Part shown: piece by piece, positions 49,478 to 60,026 of the stretch
Layout of the letters: every line of letters starts with the position of its first letter
How positions within the stretch are numbered: position 1 is the first letter of the stretch
DNA from: Alphaproteobacteria bacterium
GTDB lineage: Bacteria; Pseudomonadota; Alphaproteobacteria; UBA828
NCBI GenBank assembly: GCA_965214705.1
Contig: OZ243972.1
Coordinates: 544,001-608,000, forward strand
Direction: 5' to 3'
DNA length: 64,000 nt
Translations under genes and position numbers: made by a program
The notes under the pieces: generated by a model
The model's input: only the letters and a program-made list of their open reading frames with translations
Told to the model about the DNA's origin: nothing
Databases searched by the model: none

Positions 49478-49654
49478 GGAACGCCTCCGGTCAGATTGCA
49501 TGGCCTCGATGCTCCGTGGTCTAGCCCGGATTTCCCGGCGTTGTCGAGCGACTGCGCCACGAATTGACCCAAATTCTCGCATTTCTTGACTCGTTGTGCT
49601 TTCGACGACGAGCCGGAAGGCGCTATAGTTCAGTCACCAGTAGGGAGGCGTGAC

Positions 49655-50554
49655 ATGAGGATCTTCAAGAGAAGCAGGGTCTCTTCGACAGGGCTCCGCC
49701 TCGCCGCAGTGGTGGGGCTCGCGGCGGTGCTTGGCGCGTGCCACGGAATGGAGCTCGAAGGCGTCAAGGATCTCGAGCCCCAGGGATCGGAATTCAACCA
49801 ACAGCTTTTCGCCGGCTACGTCGAGCTGTCGGCAAGAGAGCGCGCGGAGTACGACTTTCGGGATTCGGATCGCTTTGCACTGAGAGCGGCAGCGGCGGCG
49901 AGAGGCGATGACGTGAGGCCGACCGCCGTCGACGAGCGCCTGGTTGCAGCCGACAAGCAGGAAGAGCTCTCGAAGGCGAGAGGCAGACTCATGGCGGCGC
50001 TGTTTGGAAGCGCTAAAGGCAAGGCGCCCGCCATCGCCGCCAGCGCCCAGATCAGTTACGAATGTTGGTTGCAGGAGCAGGAGGAAGGGCACCAGCCGGA
50101 CGACATCTCGGATTGCCGCAACGCCTTCTATGGCCAGGTGATCGCCGCCGAGGTCGCAATACGGCCCGCGCCGCCCCCGCCGCCTGAGCCCGAGCCTGAG
50201 CCGGAACCCGAGCCGGTCTATGCGACCTATTACGTGGTGTTCTTCGACTTCGATAGTTCGGAGCTGTCGAACGCCGCGAAGCAGACGCTGGACGAGGCTA
50301 CCGAAGCGGCGCTGGCGATGCGGCCCTACAAGATCATCATTCGGGGCCATACCGACCGCGCCGGTCCAGACAAGTACAACTTGGGTCTTTCTGAGAGGCG
50401 CTCTCTCTCGGTGGCGGGTTACATGATCGACCAGGGCGCAGGTCGCTTCGTGATCGACGCCGAAGGCCTCGGTGAATCGGAGCCGATCGCCAAGACTGCC
50501 GACAACGTGCGTGACGGCCGCAACCGGCGGGTCGAGGTCACGCTGAGTGAGTGA
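49655..50554 (+). CDS. OmpA-family lipoprotein
   Basis: Lipobox LGAC, PE linker, FFDFD, GHTDR and NRRVEV motifs. Confidence 0.9.
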   Translation: MRIFKRSRVSSTGLRLAAVVGLAAVLGACHGMELEGVKDLEPQGSEFNQQLFAGYVELSARERAEYDFRDSDRFALRAAAAARGDDVRPTAVDERLVAADKQEELSKARGRLMAALFGSAKGKAPAIAASAQISYECWLQEQEEGHQPDDISDCRNAFYGQVIAAEVAIRPAPPPPPEPEPEPEPEPVYATYYVVFFDFDSSELSNAAKQTLDEATEAALAMRPYKIIIRGHTDRAGPDKYNLGLSERRSLSVAGYMIDQGAGRFVIDAEGLGESEPIAKTADNVRDGRNRRVEVTLSE

Positions 50555-50579
50555 TGGCGACGAGAGGCCGTAGAGGTCT

Positions 50580-51602
50580 CTATTCGTCGTAGTGGTAAGT
50601 GCGGGCGACCATTCTCTCCGAGTGGTCGCCCGCTTTGATTGGTTCGTAGCGCCACGGATTGTCCGGGCTGACGCAGGTCGGGATCGCCTCGACCTCCACG
50701 TCGTAATCGACGCCGAAGAACTGCACCAGGGAGTAGCGCCTGCCGCCTGAGGTGTTGATGACCCGGTGCATGGTCGAGACGAACGTGTCGTTGGTCCATT
50801 GCTGCATAAGATCGCCCAGATTGACGGCGAAGCTGCCGTCCACCGGCGGTACGATCAGCCACTCGCCCTCCGGGCTCAGCATTTGCAGACCTTCCCGGTC
50901 CTGCCAGACGGTGGTGAAGCACTCGTAGTCGGTGTGCGCGCCGAGCCCAATATGGGCGATGTCGAGGGGCTCCGGCTGCGGCTCGTAGTAGCAGACGCGG
51001 AGCCGGGCCAGCGGCTTGGTGTACTTGGCGGTGAAGTAGCCCTCCTCCACATCCAGCGCGTATTCGAACGCGCGGAAGATCTGTCGGCCTAGCTCGAGCT
51101 GACAGTCGAAATACGTACCGAGCGCCCAACGAAAATCAGCCGGTTCCGCCGGCCAGTTGTTGGGGCCGTAGAAGCGGATGCCGCGCACGTGGTCGGGATC
51201 GTCCGCCGGCAGGTCGTGCGCCATCTCGATGGCCTCCGAGATGTCGCTTGAGCCTTCGAGGCTGTGGTCGGCCGTGATTCCGCCCGCCGGCACGTAGCCC
51301 CGGTGATTGGGCCAGTCGAGGTAGTGGTTGCGCATCTTCCGCTCGACCGGGAGCGCGAAGAAGCGCTGCATGGCGGCCTGGGCCCGCGCGATCACCGCTT
51401 GCGGGAACTGATGGTTGACGATGTAGAAGAACCCCGGACCCGCACAGGCGGTGTGGATCGCCCGCGCCACGGCCTTGCGCTCGGCCAGGCTCGGCGAATA
51501 GAGCGCGCCGAAGTCCACGATGGGCACCTCTGCAAGCGAGGCGCGCCGCACCGCCGGCGCGTGCATGCCCTCCCTGATCTGAAACGGTGTTTCGGTGGCC
51601 AT
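50580..51602 (-). CDS. Isopenicillin N synthase-like 2OG-Fe(II) oxygenase
   Basis: GFFYI.NH, HTD, HRV and RYS motifs. Confidence 0.9.
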   Translation of the reverse strand: MATETPFQIREGMHAPAVRRASLAEVPIVDFGALYSPSLAERKAVARAIHTACAGPGFFYIVNHQFPQAVIARAQAAMQRFFALPVERKMRNHYLDWPNHRGYVPAGGITADHSLEGSSDISEAIEMAHDLPADDPDHVRGIRFYGPNNWPAEPADFRWALGTYFDCQLELGRQIFRAFEYALDVEEGYFTAKYTKPLARLRVCYYEPQPEPLDIAHIGLGAHTDYECFTTVWQDREGLQMLSPEGEWLIVPPVDGSFAVNLGDLMQQWTNDTFVSTMHRVINTSGGRRYSLVQFFGVDYDVEVEAIPTCVSPDNPWRYEPIKAGDHSERMVARTYHYDE

Positions 51603-51673
51603 GGCGCGTCCCCCGCCGCTCTTCATTTCTGGCATGATAGTGTGAACCGGCTGTTCACGACGGCGTGCCTATA

Positions 51674-53586
51674 CCCAAGTTGGCACTTTTCCGCTGCCTG
51701 TGTTCCCTATTGGTTTGATTCAACGCGATATTTTTCTCGGTCGATTCCAACATGGCCCCACATTTTGTGAGATTCTGTCAGCTCATCAGACGGGTCCTCG
51801 TGCGGTGGATGGCGGGGTCCACGCCCGCCGCCGAGGAGATTGCGGCAACCTCGGCGGCCGGGCGCGTGTCCTGGCGGTTGACGATCAAGGTGCCGTCGGT
51901 CTGGCGCAGGCGCGTGGTGATCCGCACCCAGGTCCGCATGCTCTCGCGGATCGACGCCCAGCACTTGTGGATGCCGCGCGCGGCCAGCCGGGTACGGATC
52001 AGATGCACGGCGTGGTAGGCCAGCACGGCGATCAGCAGGTGGGCCGCGATGCGCCGGTCGAGCTGGTGCCAGATCGGGCGAAGGCCGAGCTCGGATTTCA
52101 GGCTCCGGAATGTCGCCTCGATATCCGTGATCCGCCAGTACGTCCGCAGGACCGTCTCGATGTCCCAGTCGACGTGGCTGGTGCGCAGCACATAGGCACC
52201 GGCGCCCTCATCGGCCTCGTCGTATCGCGGCCTGCGCTTGAAGCGCACGGCGGTGGCATTGGGGCCGGTTTTCGCCCTCTCGACCGTGATCTCGTAGTGC
52301 CTGGCGACGGCGGAGAAGCGCTGCTTGAGGCGGCCTATGCTCTCCAGCACCTTGTCGTAGCGCTTGAGGCGGCCCTTGACCGGGAGGCCGCCGTGGAGCC
52401 TTTCCAGCGCCGCCTCGAAGCGGTTCCGCCTCAGGCCGATGATCGCGTTCTCGGCCTTCTTCTTGCCCTCGCTGACGACGTAGAGCCGCGCCTCGCCGTC
52501 CTCGCTGGCAAGCCGCCAGGCCCGCACCTCGTGGCGCGCGCTGGTGATCAGCAGGGCCTCGGGTCCGCCCTCGGGCGGCGCAGGCCTGGCACCGCGGCTG
52601 ACCGCGATCCAGTCGTAGCCCTGCTCGCCCAGCCACGCGATGTTTTTCTCGGTGGCGATGCCCGCGTCCATGACCACCGTGGGCTTCGGCGCCGTGCCGC
52701 CGCACACCGCCTCGAGCCGCGCCAGCGCCTCGTGCAGCGTGCCCGGCTCGCTCACGTTGCCCGGCAGGATCTCGCAACTGCGCGGGAAGCCCGCGCCGTC
52801 GAGCGCCAGCGCCAGCGTGATGAGGGGACAGTCGTCGCGCTTCTGCTTGGAGCGCCCGAACCTGGGAAGCTCGCCGCCCGTGTGGCCGTGGTAGTGGACG
52901 TTGGTGAGATCGTAGAAGGCGATCGTCTCGGGCAGGTCGAGCAGTGCGCGCTCACGGTTGAACAGCTCCCGCTGGATGGCGGCGCGGTGGCGCCAGAGCA
53001 GGTCGCCGATGCGGTAGAGCGTCTTGCGCCGCAGCGCCTTGCGGTCGCCCTCCAGGCCCAGGAGCTCGGCGGCCGCGCTGTCGTGGCGGAGCCAGCGGCT
53101 GGTATCACGCTCGCTGGCGGGATGGACCATCCTGGCGACGATCAGCGCGCTGGCGATGCGCCCGTCGCGGCCCTTGATGTCGAGGCCGTGGAGGATTTCG
53201 GCGAAGCCGAGGGCGTCGAGGGCCTTGAGGCACAGGCGCTCGCAGCCGACCGTGCGCGGGTTCTCGTGCTCCAGGGTATCGAGGTCGACGGTGGCGATGT
53301 CGGGCTTGCGCGCCTCTTCCTGCATCGCCTCGACGCGGAACCCCCTGGCCCTGAGCTTGGCGACGATGTCCTCGGCTGCGGCCCGCACATCCGCCTCGCC
53401 CTCGAACAGCGGCGGCTTGCCGTGAAGCAGCGCCTCGGCGAGTTCGGTGACGGCCTTCCACTTCTCGCGCGGCACCGGATAGTCGGTGCCGAGATTGAGC
53501 AGCGTCCTGTGGCGCACCTTGTCGCCGACGCGCTGGGCGAGCACGAGGCGATGGCTTCGGACCGGCTGGCCGGCCTTGTCGGTGTG
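51674..53586 (-). mobile_element. Second, 5'-truncated copy of IS1634-B (inverted)
   Basis: Near identical to ~20889-22801; left end and first transposase codons are missing. Confidence 0.92.
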
Positions 53587-53996
53587 ACAAACAAGAGGCG
53601 AGGATCACCAACTTGGTAGCTCTGTTTAGCGCTGCAGCATCCTCCTGATATTGTTTATCATACAATGGGTTGGCGGTGTCGTCAACGAGTTTCTGGTGGG
53701 GGCGCGGGGTCCATAAGGCAGAACCCTCGATAGCTCCATAGCTGCATTCGGGGAATTAACGTATTTCATTCGAATGTCGCAGGAGCACTTTGGTATCTCT
53801 CCGGTGAAAGGCAGTGATGAGCTCGATTTTGGGAGACATAACATATGTGTAATAGTGTCTCTTGTAGCTATGGGGCCTATAGGCGAGTCGTTGCCAGCGT
53901 TCGCGCGAATGTCGCGGCGTGTTTCGCGCGGAATTCGCTCATCTTGTGGCGCAGATGCGTGCGGGCGGAGCGATCATATCACGGGAGGCGGACGGC

Positions 53997-54323
53997 ATGA
54001 ACGAGACAGCGGAGAGGCGCAAACGGCAGCGGACAGTGATGGCCACGGATAGCGACTGGCAGGCGCTCAAGGAGCGTGCCGACGCTGCGGGAATGGACGT
54101 TTCGCGCTTTGTGTTGGAACGCCTGACAGCGCCTGTTGCGGTGCCGGATGATATGGACTTGAGGCGCGATCTCGCGGGAGCGGTTGCGCGCATCGAGCGC
54201 ATGGTCAGGGTGCTCTACGAGGTCGAGAAAGAGCGCGTCGAGGGTTCCGCAGGGGCGGACACCTGGCAGGCTCTGGTGCGCCGTGCCGGGGCACGGACCG
54301 ATACCGAGGAGGCGCTCGGGTGA
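53997..54323 (+). CDS. MobC-like ribbon-helix-helix protein 1
   Basis: RTVMATDSDW.ALKERA..AGM.VSRFV. Confidence 0.65.
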   Translation: MNETAERRKRQRTVMATDSDWQALKERADAAGMDVSRFVLERLTAPVAVPDDMDLRRDLAGAVARIERMVRVLYEVEKERVEGSAGADTWQALVRRAGARTDTEEALG

Positions 54324-54679
54324 CGGCTATCGAGGGTGGTGGGAAGCGGGAGATTGCGCGTATTCGCAGCATCTACTGCTCGCCCGAGAACCGCGCATTG
54401 ATCGGACGGCGGGCGAAGGAAGCGGGGATGAGCTTCTCGCGCTTCATGGTCGCCTGCGCGCTTCATGGCGCGGACGACGGCGATGACGAGGGTCCTCGTC
54501 TGGTCTTGAGCGAGGATGAGCAGCGGCAGCTGTACGAGCGCGTGGCGCTTCTGAACCGGTGCAACGAGGCGCTGCTTTCGCGTCTGCCGGGGACGGAGAT
54601 ATCGGCGCTCGGCGCACTCGCCTTCCTGGCCCGGGAGGCGGCCGCCAGGTCCGGCGGCGAGGGCGGGGACGGTTCATGA
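54320..54679 (+). CDS. MobC-like ribbon-helix-helix protein 2
   Basis: RSIYCS......RRAKEAGMSFSRFMV. Confidence 0.65.
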   Translation: MTAIEGGGKREIARIRSIYCSPENRALIGRRAKEAGMSFSRFMVACALHGADDGDDEGPRLVLSEDEQRQLYERVALLNRCNEALLSRLPGTEISALGALAFLAREAAARSGGEGGDGS

Positions 54680-55122
54680 GGAGGCGTGACCGGACCCGGC
54701 CGAAGGCGTATTCGCTGTCATGCACCGACTCCGACTGGGGACGCGTGCGGGTGCTGGCCGAGCGGAAGGGCTTGTCCATCTCGCGATACATGGTCGAGCG
54801 CGGGCTCACCGTTAACCCGGAAATCGAGCCTGAACCGCCGCCCCGCCTCGTGCTGGACGAGGCGGAGCAGCGCACCCTTCTGGACCGTGTGGTCGCCATT
54901 GCCGAGCGCACGGCGGAGGCCGATTCAGAGGAAGCGCTGCTGACGCGCATCCGAAACTCTCTCTCCTTCCTGGTCGATGAGGCGATGCGAACCATGATGC
55001 GCGCGGGCCGCGAGGAGGAGCTGCGGGAGATGCTGACGGACCTCTTTGGCGAGCAGGTTGCGGCGGCAACCGTCGACCGGCTCCGCGCGCGCACGAGCGC
55101 CGAGAGTTCCGCCTCGCCATGA
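54676..55122 (+). CDS. MobC-like ribbon-helix-helix protein 3
   Basis: YSLSCTDSDW..V...AERKGLSISRYMV. Confidence 0.65.
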   Translation: MRRRDRTRPKAYSLSCTDSDWGRVRVLAERKGLSISRYMVERGLTVNPEIEPEPPPRLVLDEAEQRTLLDRVVAIAERTAEADSEEALLTRIRNSLSFLVDEAMRTMMRAGREEELREMLTDLFGEQVAAATVDRLRARTSAESSASP

Positions 55123-58100
55123 TCGAGAGGCAGTCCGCCGCCGGTTGTGGGGGCCGGCTGCCGTGCCGGAAGTTCGTGCCAAGGACGATCGAAGGGCGGG
55201 CCGGCGGGACGAGTCACAGCTCGAGGCCCATGTCGATGTCGCGCTCCTTCGCCTTGCTGGCTTCGAGCTCCTGCTGACGGCGTTCGATCTCGGCCTTGTC
55301 CGATGCCAGGGTGGATTCGATCCGCGCGGAAAGGCGCCTGCTCTCGTCCTCCGCGCCCGGACGGCGGTCGAGATGCCTGCCGTAGGTCTCGGGGTCGTCC
55401 AGGATGCGGCGGCAGCCGTCGAGGGCGCGGAGGGCGCCATCGCGCCATTCGCCGTAGGCGGGATCCTCGGTGACATGGGCGCTGTTACTGGCAGCAATCG
55501 TCGCGTGCTCTTCGCGCTGCCGGATCGAGGCGGCGGCCGCTGACAGGGCGCGCTCCAGGAAGCGTTCCGCCGCCTTGCGGTTCTCCCTTTCCGCCTCGTC
55601 CAGGACCGTTGCCTTCTCCGCAGGCGGCATCGGCCAGTCGGTTTCCGGCGAGCCGCCGAACTGTTCGCCGATGGCCTTCAGCGCCGACATCTGCTCCGCA
55701 GGCGAAGTCTCCAGGGCCTCGATCAGCGCCTCGCGGTCGTCGGTCAGCAGCACCACGTTGTCGCGGGCGCGGGTGAGTTCCACATAGAAGGTCGCCTGGT
55801 CGGCAACTCCCCCGCGCTCGGTATCCAGGACAGCGATGGCCCGATCGCAGGTGATGCCCTGGGCAGCGTGCACGGTGGACGAGTAGGCGTGGTCCAGGTG
55901 GTGAAGCTGTGGGTCGTCGCGGGCCATGACGATCTCACTTCCGTCCTGGGTGCGTATCGTGACGTTCACCCGGCGGATGGACAGCACTTCCGCATGTTCG
56001 CCGTTGATCAGGCCGCGCGCAGAATCGTTGCGAGTCCAGCGCACCCGGTCTCCCGCCTTGAGCACCATCGGCCGGGTCTCGAAGAGGTCGAGGCGGTAGC
56101 GGATATAGCCGGAGGGGTCGATTGTGCGCTCCTTACCGCCGGGGAGGGTGAGCACGAGGCGCTCGTCTCCCACCTCCGTCACACGGCAGGCATCGCCGGC
56201 CTTCGCACGGACGCCGTAGACGTCGTGGTGGAATATGGCGACATCGCCCTCCCGGTAGTTGGCGATGTCGCCCTTCTGGGAGCGGGTCAGGTGGAGGTTG
56301 ACGTAGCGCTCGATCTCGAGCTCTGGGCCGTGCAGCACCCCTTCGTCCTCCAGGCCGTGACGGACGGCGGCGTTGATCTCGGCCCTGAGCTCGTGCGTGG
56401 GCGCGAGGATGGCCGTTCCGGGTCGCAGGTCGGGATCGAGGTCGAGCCAGAGTTGTGCCGCCTTCCTGCCGAGTTCGTCGCTCGCCGTCTCCAGGACGCC
56501 GTTGCCGAGTTCCTCGACCGCAAGGCGCGGCTCGTCCGCCACCATGTGCAGCACCGCCTGCCGCAGGTCCGCATCGCGCTGGCGTACCACCTCCTCCATC
56601 CTGGCGGTGGGCAACCCTGCGTCCTGCAGCAGGGCGAAGGGCTGGCCGGCCTCCACGGCCCGCAGCTGCCTCCTGTCGCCGATCAGCGCGAGGCGCTCGA
56701 CGCCGGTCTCGGCGGCGATCCGGGTCAACGCCCGCATCTGGGTGTTGCCGACCATCGAGGCCTCATCGAGGATCAGCACCGAGCCGCCGAGCGCCTTGCG
56801 CGCTTCCTCCGTCCTCTCGGGCGAGGCGATGCCGTCGCCCACGTCGCGATAGCGCGTGAGGAACCATTGCAGGGTGCGGGCCGGGATATCGGCTTCGCCT
56901 TCGAGCACGCGCGCGGCGCTTGCCGAAGGAGCCAGTCCGATAATCGGCCTCTCGCCAGCCAGCGCCGCCACCGTGCGCAGCATGGTGGTCTTGCCCGAGC
57001 CCGCGTGCCCCTGCACGCCCACGGTGACATGAGGCGAGAGCAGGATTCCGCGCACCGCGTCGCGCTGGCCGGGGTTCAGCCCGGCCGCGTCGAGCCTCGC
57101 CTCCACTGCCTCCGCCGGCGCCAGGCTTCGTCCGGCGTCCAGGCCGGCGCGCATGCCGGCGACAATGTCGCGCTCGGCGTTGCGCGCCTGGTCGGTGACG
57201 AAGGCCAGGTCGGCCCTTCGCGCCGTCACCTCGATCAGGTGTCCGTCGCGCCGGAGCCGGGCGATGCCGACGTCCAGCGCTTCGAGCGAGTGCCGGCCGC
57301 CCCCATGGGCCAGAGCCCAGGCGCGCAGGTCGTTGGCGGAGAACACAGTGCGCCGCTCCTCCAGGTGCTCGACGGCCTGCCGCACCACGGCAAGCGCCGA
57401 CGGCTGCGCCCGCGGCTCGGGCATAGGGGTTGCCGATGCGCCGATCCCGTCGCGGCCCCTTGCGATGTCCCGGTCGCGCGCCGGGCCGAGTTCTTGCGCC
57501 CGTTCCTTCCATGTCCGGTGCAGGACCTGCCGATCCGGCTCGGCCTTGCGCTGCCGTGTGTAAAGCGCCGCCTGCTGTGCTCTCGCCGGCGTGTTCTCCC
57601 AGCCACGCTCCTGCATGTAGTCCAACAACTCGCGGCGGCGGGTCGAGAAGGCGTCCAGCATCGGCTTGCCGTAGCCCGCGATCTCGAACCCCGGCATCCG
57701 CCCCACAAGCGTCGGCACCGTGGCGTAGCCGATTTTTTCGAGCCCCATGCGCAGCTCGTTGCGGTAGTAGGCGCCGATCAGCAGCTTCGAGCGCTCCACC
57801 GCGGTGAACTCGGCGCTCCGCCACTCCCCGTTCCGGCCGCGCGTCATGTTGGCGATCACCGCGTGCGTGTGCAGCTGCGGGTCGAGGTTGCGGCTCGCGA
57901 GATGCCGGAAGGTCGCCGCCGCCATGCCGTCGGCCTCCACCCTGGGCCTGCGGCCGGTCTCGGGCTCGTAGCTCCGAGTCTGCAACAGCGCGGTCTCAAT
58001 GAAGCCCAACGTGGCGCGCACCGCCTCGTCGTGCGCCCTCACCACCCGCGCGCCGGTCTTCGGCGCCGCGTAGATCAGCGCTTCCAGGGATACCGACTTG

Positions 58101-58418
58101 GGAGCGGAAAAGGTCACGTCCACGCCGGGCCTGTGCTGGTGCTCGCCGTCGCGGAGGCGGCCGAGGCGAATGTCGGTGCCGGGCACGTAGCCCGCAAGCA
58201 GGGCCTCGAAGCGTTTCGGCTTGACCGGCCCGTGCAGGCCCATCAACGCCGCTGCCTCGCCGTACCAGATGCCGTAATGGGGCGCGGCATCAACCGGCAC
58301 CGTTGGAGCCTGTACCGATGACGGCGAATCGGGGTGTCGTTGCCCTTACACGCTGAGCGTGTCCACGGGGTCTTGCCGGAAGGCGCGCCCCAATTCCTCG
58401 AAAGGAAAGGGCAACGAC

Positions 58419-59462
58419 ATGGATGTCTATATCGGGCTGGATGTATCGCTGGCAAGCACGACAATCTGCGTGATCGGCGAGAAGGGCAAGATCGTGACCG
58501 AGGCGCAGATCGCCAGCACGCCTGAAGCGCTGGTCGTGTTCATGGGCAAGCTGGAGCACGAGATCGCGGCGATCGGTCTTGAGGCCGGTCCCCTGTCCCA
58601 CTGGCTGCACAAGGGGCTGACCGACGCCGGCTTCGAGGCCGTGCTGATGGAGACCCGGCGGGTGAAGGCGGCGCTGAAGGCGATGCCGATCAAGACGGAT
58701 CGGCGGGATGCCGAGGGCATCGCGCGTCTTCTGCAGATGGGCTGGTTCAGGCCGGTGCACTGCAAGTCGGTGTCGTCGCAGGAGATGCGCGCACTTCTGA
58801 CCTCGCGCAGCTCCGTGAGGGACGCGCTCACCGATATGGAACTCTCGGCGCGCGGCGTGTTGCGCAACTTTGGCCTGAAGCTGGGCCAAGTCTCGAAGGG
58901 CCGCTGGGAGGCCCGCGTCCGGGAGTTGATCGCAGGCAACGCGATGCTGGAGGCCGCCGTCGAACCGATCCTGCGCGCGCGGTCGGCTCTGCGCCGCGAG
59001 CTGGCCGGCCTGGAGAAGCTGGTCCGCGACCTGGCCAGGGAGGATCCGGTATGCCGGCTCCTGATGACCATGCCCGGCGTGGGCGCGGTCGTGGCCCTGA
59101 CCTTCAAATCGGCGATCGACGATCCCGAGCGGTTCCGGAGATCGAAGGATGTCGGCCCCTGGGTGGGACTGACGCCGGGACGGGACCAATCCGGCGAGCG
59201 AGATATTGTCGGCGGCATCACGAAGTGCGGCGACGCAGGTCTGCGGGCCGCGCTCTATCAGGCGACCACGGTGATGCTGAACCGCACCGCCGGGCCGAAC
59301 TGGCTGAAGGCCTGGACGCTGCGTCTGGCGAAGCTCCGCGGCAAGAAGCGGGCGACCGTCGCCTTGGCCCGGCGCATCGGCGTGGTACTTCACCGGATGT
59401 GGCGGGACGGCACCGAGTTCCGCTTCACGCGCGAGGAGGCAATGGCGCTCCAGACGGCATAG
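58419..59462 (+). CDS. IS110 DEDD recombinase/transposase
   Basis: IGLDVS, GLEAG, KTDRRDA, PGVG and GLTP..QSG motifs. Confidence 0.95.
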   Translation: MDVYIGLDVSLASTTICVIGEKGKIVTEAQIASTPEALVVFMGKLEHEIAAIGLEAGPLSHWLHKGLTDAGFEAVLMETRRVKAALKAMPIKTDRRDAEGIARLLQMGWFRPVHCKSVSSQEMRALLTSRSSVRDALTDMELSARGVLRNFGLKLGQVSKGRWEARVRELIAGNAMLEAAVEPILRARSALRRELAGLEKLVRDLAREDPVCRLLMTMPGVGAVVALTFKSAIDDPERFRRSKDVGPWVGLTPGRDQSGERDIVGGITKCGDAGLRAALYQATTVMLNRTAGPNWLKAWTLRLAKLRGKKRATVALARRIGVVLHRMWRDGTEFRFTREEAMALQTA

Positions 59463-59556
59463 GCGCGGCTGCATCCCACCGACAATCAGCAGCGAGAGGA
59501 GGAAAGAGCCGCGCCTGAAGGTGGCGATCCACCGCTATCCCCTCGCCGGGACGCGG

Positions 59557-59730
59557 TTCCCGATGATGCACGTGCGAGCGGCTGTTGCCGAATCGCTTCT
59601 TGGCATTCGAGCACGCATACCAGATCGGCACTCGGGAATCGTCTTGGACCGGGTATGAAGTTGGCAGCCGCTCTGCGCTGACCACGGACGGAAGCGAGAG
59701 CCTGGCGACGGGGACATATCCGGGGGTCCC
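59557..59730 (+). ncRNA. Putative bridge/seekRNA (target-binding and donor-binding loops)
   Basis: Stem TTCCCGA/TCGGGAA encloses GCGAGCGGCTG and TACCAG, which match the target; stem CCGGGTATG/CATATCCGG encloses ACGGAAG, which matches the donor junction. Confidence 0.72.
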
Positions 59731-60026
59731 GCTTCCTGCACCGTGCCGCGTCGACGAGCCCGTTAGCCGCCAAGGCAACCACCTGTGTCGATCATGCTGA
59801 CCATGCCTGCGAGAGGCCCTGCCGCAGGCGACGGTGCCCCATGTTCGAGTGGCCGTGCCAGGCCGGAACGTTGTGAAGATCCCTGCTTGACATCAACCGC
59901 CCCATTACGGAAGCCGCTCGCCTTGCGGTGCTCCGGGTCATTTCTGGCGTAGTAGCCGTCCGCCTCGAAGTAGTGCACCGTCGTGGCGGCGGCCTTCAGG
60001 CGGATGACGGTCGCGACCATGGTTGC

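Larger units (their letters stand above)
58269..59913 (+). mobile_element. IS110-family element (IS1111-like architecture)
   Basis: Subterminal IR CCGTAATGGGGCG / CGCCCCATTACGG; AG (CT) core on both sides; 1645-bp removal restores the trwC frame. Confidence 0.88.
55214..60020 (-). pseudogene. trwC: MobF/TrwC relaxase-helicase (1053 aa when rejoined) split by IS110
   Basis: YFEADGYY N-terminus at 60020, D.TFSAPKSVS, HxxSRxxDPQLHTH, GHAGSGKTT and TVHAAQG motifs. Confidence 0.9.

Noticed and set aside
50168-50215. PPPPPEPEPEPEP repeat in OmpA, and a similar one at ~34940-35005
   Set aside because: Ordinary Pro/Glu linkers
53587-53900. Lower-GC stretch as a gene or a defined oriT
   Set aside because: No convincing ORF and no recognisable nic consensus
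58271-59917. Alternative IS110 boundary using a GC core (restoring ASIWY)
   Set aside because: Also in frame, but the 11-nt guide match, CT core and junction -10 favour the AG/CT boundary
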